Shown here in pieces: positions 12,760 through 23,800 of a stretch of 64,000 nt of DNA. The stretch spans positions 17,174,001 to 17,238,000 of the forward strand of contig NW_027266274.1 of NCBI RefSeq assembly GCF_022045235.1, written 5' to 3'. How positions within the stretch are numbered: the stretch's first letter is position 1; every line of letters starts with the position of its first letter. Source of the DNA: Haliotis cracherodii. Lineage: Eukaryota. The translations under genes and the position numbers were made by a program. The notes below the pieces were generated by a model. That model was not told the origin of the DNA and did no database searches. It worked only from the letters and a program-made list of their open reading frames with translations.

Positions 12760-14362
12760 TCTGTGAGTGTTCAGCAGTTCCATTTGTCTAGATCTAGTTG
12801 TGTTGTGTGTTCCATCTGTCTAGATCTAGTTGTGTTGCGTGTTCCATCTGTCTAGGTCTAGTTCTCTGTGAGTGTTCAGCAGTTCCATCTGTCTAGATCT
12901 AGTTGTGTTGTGTGTTCCTCTGTCTAGGTCTAGTTGTGTTGTGTGTTCCATCTGTCTAGGTCTAGTTCTCTGTGAGTGTTCAGCAGTTCCATCTGTCTAG
13001 ATCTAGTTGTGTTGTGTGTTCCTCTGTCTAGGTCTAGTTGTGTTGTATGTTCCATCTGTCTAGATCTAGTTGTGTTGTGTGTTCCTCTGTCTAGGTCTAG
13101 TTGTGTTGTGTGTTCCATCTGTCTAGGTCTAGTTGTCTGTGAGTGTTCAGCAGTTCCGTCTGTCTAGATCTGGTTGTGTTGTGTGTTTCTCTGTCTAGGT
13201 CTAGTTGTCTGTGAGTGTTCAGCAGTTCCGTCTGTCTAGATCTAGTTGTATTGTGTGTTCCATCTGTCTAGGTCTAGTTGTCTGTGAGTGTTCAGCAGTT
13301 CCACCTGTCTAGATCTAGTTGTGTTGTGTGTTCCATCTGTCTAGGTCTAGTTGTCTGTGAGTGTTCCGTAGTTCCGTCTGTCTAGATCTAGTTGTGTTGT
13401 GTGTTCCTCTGTCTAGGTCTAGTTGTGTTGTATGTTCCATCTGTCTAGGTCTAGTTGTGTTGTGTGTTCCTCTGTCTAGGTCTAGTTGTTTTGTGTGTTC
13501 CATCTGTCTAGGTCTAGTTGTCTGTGAGTGTTCAGCAGTGCCATCTGTCTAGGTCTAGTTGTCTGTGAGTGTTCAGCAGTTCCATCTGTCTAGGTCTGGT
13601 TCAGCAGTTCCGTCTGTCTAGATCTAGTTGTGTTGTGTGTTCCTCTGTCTAGGTCTAGTTGTGTTGTGTGTTCCATCTGTCTAGGTCTGGTTGTCTGTGA
13701 GTGTTCAGCAGTTCCATCTGTCTAGGTCTGGTTGTCTGTGAGTGTTCAGCAGTTCCGTCTGTCTAGATCTGGTTGTGTTGCGTGTTCCGTTGTCTAGGTC
13801 TAGTTGTCTGTGAGTGTTCAGCAGTTCCATCTGTCTAGGTCTGGTTGTCTGTGAGTGTTCAGCAGTTCCATCTGTCTTGGTCTGGTTTTCTGTGAGTGTT
13901 CAGCAGTTCCGTCTGTCTAGATCTAGTTGTGTTGTGTGTTCCTCTGTCTAGGTCTAGTTGTGTTGTGTGTTCCATCTGTCTAGGTCTAGTTGTCTGTGAG
14001 TGTCCAGCAGTTCCATCTGTCTAGGTCTGGTTGTCTGTGAGTATTCAGCAGTTCCGTCTGTCTAGATCTGGTTGAGTTGCGTGTTCTTCTGTCTAGGTCT
14101 AGTTGTCTGTGAGTGTTCAGCAGTTCCGTCTGTCTAGATCTGGTTGAGTTGCGTGTTCTTCTGTCTAGGTCTAGTTGTCTGTGAGTGTTCAGCAGTTCCA
14201 TCTGTCTAGATCTGGTTGTGTTGTGTGTTCCGTCTGTCTAGGTCTGGTTGTCTGTGAGTGTTCGGCAGTTCCATCTGTCTAGATCTGGTTGTGTTGTGTG
14301 TTCCGTCTGTCTAGGTCTAGTTGTCTATGAGTGTTCGGCATCAGGTTTTCAATCTGTCTAGA
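12760..14362. repeat. Mosaic minisatellite of 31-32-bp and 41-bp units
   Basis: Units TCTAGTTGTGTTGTGTGTTCCATCTGTCTAGA and TCTAGTTGTCTGTGAGTGTTCAGCAGTTCCATCTGTCTAGG are interspersed irregularly. Confidence 0.93.
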
Positions 14363-14422
14363 GGATGTTCGTTTCCATTGTTTCAGTTCTTCATTACAAT
14401 TTCTCATACATCTGAGAGACAT

Positions 14423-14677
14423 GAGACCCTTGAACACCCGGGGTAGAATAGGTCTTTAGCAACCCACACTTGCCGTAAAAGGCGACTATGCAAGTCGTAA
14501 GAGGCGACTAACGAGATCGGGTGGTCAGGCTCGCTGACTTGGTTGATGCATGTCATCGTATCTCAATTGCGTGGATCGATGCTCATGATGTCAATCACAG
14601 GATTGTCTGGTCCAGACACGTTATATAGCTGGATCATTGTTGAGTGCGGCGTTAAACAACATGAAACAAACAAAACG
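14423..14677 (+). mobile_element. SINE family 1
   Basis: Homologous to 3675-3940; TSD GAGAGACAT at 14414-14422 and 14678-14686. Confidence 0.85.
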
Positions 14678-14904
14678 GAGAGACATACTTATAGATGACT
14701 GTTCATTTTATTACTTGACTTTCAGGTTGGCAGAGCATGCCTGACTTACAGACACAACCAGTCCAAGTTCTTCTTATTCCGCTGTCAGCTACATGTAATT
14801 TCCCCACAGCTTCAAACATTCAGCTAACATAAATATCTTTTACCCAATGCTTCGAGGTTCATATATTAAGTGTTTCAAGGTATACTTACTTTTGTCTGAC
14901 TAAA

Positions 14905-15078
14905 TTCTTCACAATATGCTTACACTCCGTTAAATAATGCTTCAAGGTATGCTTACACTCCGTTAACTAATGCTTCAAGATATGCTTACACTCCGTTAAC
15001 TAATGCTTCAAGATATGCTTACCCTCCGTTAACTAATGCTTCACAATATGCTTACACTCCGTTAACTAATGCTTCACG
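14905..15078. repeat. 33-bp minisatellite
   Basis: Unit TATGCTTACACTCCGTTAACTAATGCTTCAAGA, about 5 copies. Confidence 0.85.
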
Positions 15079-15274
15079 TTATCCATATATTACTTCAGCT
15101 ATACACATCTCAATACGTTCTTGTTTGTACATATTTTTTTCTTGTTTTAACTTATTGATTCAAGATATCTGCACATATAAAAGACTTAAAGCTTCCAAAT
15201 ATTCATACTTCCATTTGACTAAATACTTCAGGAGATAGTCCTTAACATAAATGTTTCAAGATATACCCACATCC

Positions 15275-16095
15275 CTTCAAAATATACATGAATTCCTTTA
15301 TCTTAATGCTTCAAAATATACATGTATTCCTTTATCTAAATGCTTCAAAATAGACATGAATTCCTTTATCTAAATACTTCAAAATATACATATATTCCTT
15401 TATCTAAATGCTTTAAAATAGACATGAATTCCTTTATCTAAATGCTTCAAAATATACATGTATTCCTTTATCTAAATGCTTCAAAATATACATGAATTCC
15501 TTTATCTAAATGCTTCAAAATAGACATGAATTCCTTTATCTAAATGCTTCAAAATATACATGAATTCCTTTATCTAAATGCTTCAAAATATACATGAATA
15601 CCTTTATCTAAATGCTTCAAAATAGACATGAATTCCTTTATCTAAATGCTTCAAAATATACATGTATTCCGTTATCTTAATGCTTCAAAATATACATGAA
15701 TACCTTTATCTAAATGCTTCAAAATATTAATGAATTCCTTTATCTAAATGCTTCAAAATATACATGAATTCCTTTATCTAAATGCTTCAAAATAGACATG
15801 AATACCTTTATCTAAATGCTTCAAAATAGACATGAATTCCTTTATCTAAATGCTTCAAAATAGACATGAATACCTTTATCTAAATGCTTCAAAATATACA
15901 TGAATTCCTTTATCTAAATGCTTCAAAATATACATGAATACCTTTATCTAAATGCTTCAAAATATACATGAATACCTTTATCTAAATGCTTCAAAATATA
16001 CATGAATTCCTTTATCTAAATGCTTTAAAATATACACGAATACCTTTATCTAAATGCTTCAAAATATACATGTATTCCTTTATCTAAATGCTTCA
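15275..16095. repeat. 34-bp minisatellite
   Basis: Unit AAATGCTTCAAAATATACATGAATTCCTTTATCT, about 24 copies. Confidence 0.95.
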
Positions 16096-16107
16096 TGGCG
16101 CAGGTAT

Positions 16108-16911
16108 TTGTCAACCAGCCAGTACATGATTAAATATAAAATTCCTCACACACTGTTTCCTTAATTACACCTTGTCAACCACCCAGTACATGATTAAATA
16201 TAAAATCCTTCACAACCTGTTTCCTTAATTACACCTTGTCAACCACCCTGTACATGATTAAATATAAAATCCCTCACAATCTGTTTCCTTAATTACACCT
16301 TGTCAACCACCCTGTACATGATTAAATACACAATCCCTCACAATCTGTTTCCTTAATTACACCTTGTCAACCACCCTGTACATGATTAAATACAAAATCC
16401 CTCACAATCTGTTTCCTTAATTACACCTTGTCAACCAGCCAGTACATGATTAAATATAAAATCCCTCACAATCTGTTTCCTTAATTACACCTTGTCAACC
16501 ACCCTGTACATGATTAAATACAAAATCCCTCACAATCTGTTTCCTTAATTACACCTTGTCAACCAGCCAGTACATGATTAAATATAAAATCCCTCACAAT
16601 CTGTTTCCTTAATTACCCCTTGTCAACCACCCTGTACATGATTAAATACAAAATCCCTCACAACCTGTTTCCTTAATTACACCTTGTCAACCAGCCAGTA
16701 CATGATTAAATATAAAATCCTTCACAACCTGTTTCCTTAATTACACCTTGTCAACCACCCAGTACATGATTAAATATAAAATCCCTCACAATCTGTTTCC
16801 TTAATTACACCTTGTCAACCAGCCAGTACATGATTAAATACAAAATCCCTCACAACCTGTTTCCTTAATTACACCTTGTCAACTAGCCAGTACATGATTA
16901 AATATAAAATC
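16108..16911. repeat. 64-bp minisatellite
   Basis: Unit TTGTCAACCACCCTGTACATGATTAAATATAAAATCCCTCACAATCTGTTTCCTTAATTACACC, about 12.5 copies. Confidence 0.95.
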
Positions 16912-17130
16912 AGACAATCCAGTGACTAATATCATGGACAGCGATCCACGCAAATGGGATACAATGACATGCTCGCTGACTTGGTTGATGCATGTCATCG
17001 ATCCCAATTGCGTGGATCGATGCTCATGATATCAATCACTGGATTGTAAGGTCCAGACTCAATTATTTACAGACCGCCGTCATATAGCTAGAATATTGTT
17101 GAGTGCGGCGTAAAACAACTAACCAACCAT
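16911..17130. mobile_element. SINE family 1 fragments in foldback arrangement
   Basis: 16914-16971 is an inverted copy of about 16990-17047; the + copy continues to the GCGGCGTAAAACAAC tail. Confidence 0.75.
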
Positions 17131-17872
17131 CAAGTGCATTATGGAATATATTTTCCGCATATGCACATTAAACTTTTCACTTCGATCATTACGTATTGTG
17201 TAGGTTGGTGTCTGGTGCAGTTGTCAGGCTTTCAGGAATGTTATTGTCTACCTCTCTCAGCCACCGAGGCTTCCACAAATATTAAAGTCCGACAACTGGT
17301 AGTCTAGATCACGTACTTTGTGTACCCCTCTGACAAGTGTGAATTGGCACGGCTCCCATGGCCGAGAGCTATGAATACACAATGCCATTTAGAAAGTGGT
17401 CAAATGAAACAAATGTTATATTTACACAATGCCATTTAGATACTGCTTCTCAGCGGTCTCTCTCACGCGTCTTTTACCACAGATCTATATTTATTCACAG
17501 ACTGCCATTATTTACAGACTGCCACCATATAGCTGGAATATTGCTGGAATAACAACAAACAAACAAACAAACAAAAACACAAAAAACACATGGGTGTTAT
17601 CGATGAAGACCACGTTCAGGGACAAATGCACTGTTGATAAGTTTCCCTTGTGGGAGAAGGGTGTACACATTTGACAAAACACAAGTCATAACTGTACGTG
17701 GTTCATTTCATACAATGCAAAAATCAAGCAGTTCCTTTGAAGATTTACATGGTATTAATTCTACTCGTTTCAAAAACTTCAAAATCCTAAAAAGTGTAAA
17801 AAACATCAGAATATTGGTACAGTTAAATGATAATTTTATTTCTAGTTCACAGTATGTTTTATTGATATCCAG

Positions 17873-20800
17873 ATCAGTGACAAGCCAGAGCTAGTGTACA
17901 AGAAAGTCGATCTTCCTGAGGACTCCAAGCACAAACTTGCGTTTGTCCTGGAAAATGTCCTGTCTCCAGCGGTAAGAAACATACAACAGTGTAGAAAATA
18001 ACATTCAGGCCACCGAAACAATACATAATGAGTATTTTTTACAACCACAACCAAAAAGGACCGCCTTACCTATACTTAGAGAGTATTTGTCACAACCAGT
18101 ATCAGAAAGCTCATGTAATTATGACTAGTATTTGTCACCCTTCCCTACTGTAACCCCGTCAACTGTTGATACAATCTATCTCTGTCCAATCCACTACACC
18201 TCTAACCACCTCCACTACACCTCTATCACCCCCGTTTCATCCACCCCACCCCAAACGTCACTGTACTCCATCTATCCCCATTCACCACCCCCCCCCCCCC
18301 CTTCGCCATAACACCCCATCCATATCCACTGCACTACACCCCTCCCTGTTTCACCTCTTCCCTTCCCCAGTACACTCCACCCCTCCCTGTTTCACCTCTT
18401 CCCTTCCTCACTACACTCCACCCCTCCCTGTTTCACCTCTTCCCTTCCTCACTACTCCCCACCCCTCCCTGTTTCACCTCTTCCCTTCCTCACTACACTC
18501 CACCCCTCCCTGTTTCACCTCCACCCTTCCTCACTACACTACACCCCTCCCTGTTTCACCTCTTCCCTTCCTCACTACTCCCCACCCCTCCCTGTTTCAC
18601 CTCTTCCCTTCCTCACTACACTCCACCCCTCCCTGTTTCACCTCTTCCCTTCCTCACTACACTCCACCCCTCCCTGTTTCACCTCCACCCTTCCTCACTA
18701 CACTACACCCCTCCCTGTTTCACCTCTTCCCTTCCTCACTACTCCCCACCCCTCCCTGTTTCACCTCTTCCCTTCCTCACTACTCCCCACCCCTCCCTGT
18801 TTCACCTCTTCCCTTCCTCACTACACTACACCCCTCCCTGTTTCACCTCTTCCCTTCCTCACTACACTCCACCCCTCCCTGTTTCACCTCTTCCCTTCCC
18901 CACTACTCCCCACCCCTCCCTGTTTCACCTCTTCCCTTCCTCACTACTCCCCACCCCTCCCTGTTTCACCTCTTCCCTTCCCCACTACTCCCCACCCCTC
19001 CCTGTTTCACCTCTTCCCTTCCTCACTACTCCCCATCCCTCCCTGTTTCACCTCTTCCCTTCCCCACTACTCCCCACCCCTCCCTGTTTCACCTCTTCCC
19101 TTCCCCACTACTCCCAACCCCTCCCTGTTTCACCTCTTCCCTTCCCCACTTCTCCCCACCCCTCCCTGTTTCACCTCTTCCCTTCCCCACTACTCCCCAC
19201 CCCTCCCTGTTTCACCTCTTCCCTTCCCCACTACTCCCCACCCCTCCCTGTTTCACCTCTTCCCTTCCTCACTACTCCCCACCCCTCCCTGTTTCACCTC
19301 TTCCCTTCCTCACTACTCCCCACCCCTCCCTGTTTCACCTCTTCCCTTCCTCACTACTCCCCACCCCTCCCTGTTTCACCTCTTCCCTTCCCCACTACTC
19401 CCCACCCCTCCCTGTTTCACCTCTTCCCTTCCTCACTACTCCCCACCCCTCCCTGTTTCACCTCTTCCCTTCCTCACTACTCCCCACCCCTCCCTGTTTC
19501 ACCTCTTCCCTTCCCCACTACTCCCCATCCCTCCCTGTTTCACCTCTTCCCTTCCCCACTACTCCCCACCCCTCCCTGTTTCACCTCTTCCCTTCCCCAC
19601 TACTCCCCATCCCTCCCTGTTTCACCTCTTCCCTTCCCCACTTCTCCCCATCCCTCCCTGTTTCACCTCTACCCTTCCCCACTACACTCCACCCCTCCCT
19701 GTTTCACCTCTACCCTTCCCCACTACTCCCCATCCCTCCCTGTTTCACCTCTTCCCTTCCTCACTACTCCCCACCCCTCCCTGTTTCACCTCTTCCCTTC
19801 CCCACTACTCCCCATCCCTCCCTGTTTCACCTTTTCCCTTCCCCACTTCTCCCAACCCCTCCCTGTTTCACCTCTTCCCTTCCCCACTACTCCCAACCCC
19901 TCCCTGTTTCACCTCTTCCCTTCCCCACTTCTCCCAACCCCTCCCTGTTTCACCTCTTCCCTTCCCCACTTCTCCCCATCCCTCCCTGTTTCACCTCTTC
20001 CCTTCCCCACTACTCCCCACCCCTCCCTGTTTCACCTCTTCCCTTTCCCACTACTCCCCACCCCTCCCTGTTTCACCTCTTCCCTTCCCCACTACTCCCC
20101 ATCCCTCCCTGTTTCACCTCTTCCCTTCCCCACTTCTCCCCATCCCTCCCTGTTTCACCTCTACCCTTCCCCACTACACTCCACCCCTCCCTGTTTCACC
20201 TCTACCCTTCCCCACTACTCCCCATCCCTCCCTGTTTCACCTCTTCCCTTCCTCACTACTCCCCACCCCTCCCTGTTTCACCTCTTCCCTTCCCCACTAC
20301 TCCCCATCCCTCCCTGTTTCACCTTTTCCCTTCCCCACTACTCCCCACCCCTCCCTGTTTCACCTCTTCCCTTCCCCACTACTCCCCACCCCTCCCTGTT
20401 TCACCTCTACCCTTCCCCACTCCACTCCACCCCTCCCTGTTTCACCTCCACCCTTCCCCAGTACACTCCACCCCTCCCTGTTTCACCTCCACCCTTCCCC
20501 AGTACACTCCGCCCCTCCCTGTTTCACCTCCACCCTTCCCCAGTACACTCAATCCCTCCCTGTTTCACCTCTACCCTTCCCCACTTGACTCCACCCATCC
20601 CTGTTTCACCTCTACCCTTCCCCGCTACACTCCGCCCCTCCCTGTTTCACCTCCACCCTTCCCCAGTACACTCAAACCCTCCCTGTTTCACCTCTACCCT
20701 TCCCCACTCCACTCCACCCCTCCCTGTTTCACCTCCACCCTTCCCCACTCCACTCCACCCCTCCCTGTTTCACCTCTACCCTTCCCCACTTGACTCCACC

Positions 20801-23800
20801 CATCCCTGTTTCACCTCTACCCTTCCCCACTACACTCCACCCCTCCCTGTTTCGACTCAACAGGCGGAGATTAATTATTTCTTATGGAATGTCAGTGGTT
20901 CATCGAGAAGACCGAGAAGAAAGGGTACAAAAGAGCTCTGATCAATCTTGGCAAAGGGTATGTAAAATGGAGTTCATTCTTGTACTGTTCTATCGATGGA
21001 AAATATATCACATACAGGACACATCACTAAGGAAACATGTGATAATTCCTTGTACTCACGGTGGTAGATATATCAGATACAAGACACATCACTAAGAAAA
21101 CATGTGACAGTTCCTTGTAGTTTCGGTGGTAGATATATCAGATACCAGACACATCACTTAGGAAACATGTGATAATTCCTTGTGGCAATTTCTTGTACTG
21201 AATGTGGTGAAGTCGTTACATCACTGTACAGCTGTACTTGACTGAGGTAAGGTGGCAACATCACTGTACAGATGTATCTGAATGAGGTGGGGTGGCTACA
21301 TCACTGTACAGCTGTACTTGAATGAGGTGGGTGGCTACACCACTGTACAGCTGTACCTGAATGAGGTGGCTACATCACTGTACAGCTGTACTTGAATGAG
21401 GTGGGATGGCTCCATCATTGTACAGCTGTACCCGAATGAGGTGGGATGGCTACATCATTGTACAGCTGTACCCGAATGAGGTGGGATGGCTACATCATTG
21501 TACAGCTGTACTTGAATGAGGTGGGGTGGCTACATCACTGTACAGCTGTACCCGAATGAGGTGAGGTGGCTACACCACTGTACAGCTGTACCCAAATGAG
21601 GTGAGGTGGCTACATCACTGTACAGCTGTACCTGAATGAGGTGAGGTGGCTACATCCATGTTCAGCTGTACTTGAATGAGGTGAGGTGGCTACACCACTG
21701 TACAGCTGTACCCAAATGAGGTGAGGTGGCTACATCACTGTACAGCTGTACCTGAATGAGGTGAGGTGGCTACATCCATGTTCAGCTGTACTTGAATGAG
21801 GTGAGGTGGCTACATCACTGTACAGCTGTACCTGAATGAGGTGGGGTGGCTACATCACTGTACAGCTGTATCTGAATGAGATGAGCTGGCTACATCACTG
21901 TACAGTTGTACTTGAATGAGGTGGGCTTGCTACATCACTGTACAGCTGTACTTGACTGAGGTCAAGGAAACATGTGGCAATTTTTTGTACTGAAGGTGGT
22001 AGATATATCAGATACAATACACATCACTAAGGAAACATGTGACAGTTCCTTGTACTGAAGGTGGTAGATATATCAGATACAAGACACATCACTAAGGAAA
22101 CATGTGACAATTCCTTGTACTGAAGGTGGTAGATATATCAGATACAAGACACATCACTAAGGAAACATGTGACAATTCCTTGTACTGTAGGTGGTAGATA
22201 TATCAGATACAAGACACATCACTTAGGAAACATGTGACAGTTCCTTGTACTGAAGGTGGTAGATATATCAGATACAAGACACATCACTAAGGAAACATGT
22301 GACAATTCCTTGTACTGAAGGTGGTAGATATATCAGATACAAGACACATCACTAAGGAAACATGTGACAGTTCCTTGTACTGTAGGTGGTGATGAGGGAG
22401 AAGTTTTCTGATATATTGAACGTGACATTATACATTATATGCCGGAAATGTTTAGATGGAAGTTAATGCTGAGCTTTTTCCAGTCAAGAAGTGGCAGCTG
22501 TGGTGAGAAATAGTTCCCGATACATGTGGGACTCGAGGAAGGTGTCGGAGAAGCTCTGGAACAGGATGAAGACATATGTCCCCGAAGTGTTCAAAGGGAG
22601 GAGGGCTTTGGGTCTGAATGAAAGGTAGATTGCAGTTGTGTGTCTTCCCCATAAGGGTATTTTGATTATATCAGTGTTGTCTTTCTGTTGGTTACTAAGG
22701 GACAGACCATTTTATAGTCTAGGGGGGGGAGGGGGAGGAACCAAGGACTGTGTGTCGAGAGTCGATATGTTTTACCTGCAGCTGCGAAATCAGATATTTG
22801 TTTATCTAAATAATTGAGCCTGATTTTTTTAAAGAAAAACAACACTGTATTTTTGTGGCAGGCCATTTCATGTGTACCCAATAAAAATCACAGTCTTATA
22901 ATAGGTCCTGGATTAATACGCCGACCCTCATTGTCTACTGTCGAGTAATAAGGATCTCTGTCTCAAGGCTTCGCTTCCTCCGCTACGAACCTGGAGAATA
23001 TTTCAGGATTCACAAGGATGGGATCTACACAAGGAAAAACATGGAGCGAAGCTACATCACTGTACAGCTGTACTTGAATGAGGTGAGGTGGCTACATCAC
23101 TGTACAGCTGTACCTGAAAGAGGTGGGCCGGTTACACCATTGTACAGCTATACTTGAATGAGGTGAGGTTGTTACACCATGGTACAGCTGTACATGAATG
23201 CGATGAGGTGGCTACATAACTGTACAGCTGTACCTGAATGAGGTGAGGTGGCTACACCACTGTACAGCTGTACCTGAATGAGATGGGGTGGTTACACCAT
23301 TGTACAGCTGTACCTGAATGAGGTGAGGTGGCTACACCACTGTACAGCTGTACCTGAATGAGGTGAGGTGGCTACACCACTGTACAGCTGTACCTGAATG
23401 AGATGGGGTGGTTACACCATTGTACAGCTGTACCTGAATGAGGTGAGGTGGCTACACCACTGTACAGCTGTACCTGAATGAGGTGGGGTGGTTACACCAT
23501 TGTACAGCTGTACTTGAATGAGGTGAGGTGGCTACACCACTGTACAGCTGTACCTGAATGAGATGGGGTGTCTACATTACTGTACAGCTGTATCCAAATG
23601 ATGTGAGGTGGCTACACCATTGTACAGCTGTACCTAACTGTGGTGAGGTGGCTACACCCCTGTACAGCTGTACTTGAATGAGGTGGTGTGGCTACATCAC
23701 TGTACAGCTGTACCTGAATGAGGTGAGGTGGCTACATCACTGTACAGCTGTACCTGAATGAGGTGAAGTGGCTACATCACTGTACAGCTGTACGTGAATG

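Noticed and set aside
18166-20793. 875-aa Pro/Ser/His-rich ORF (extensin-like)
   Set aside because: Translation of a stop-free 41-bp minisatellite (unit not a multiple of 3) inside an intron of the oxygenase gene.
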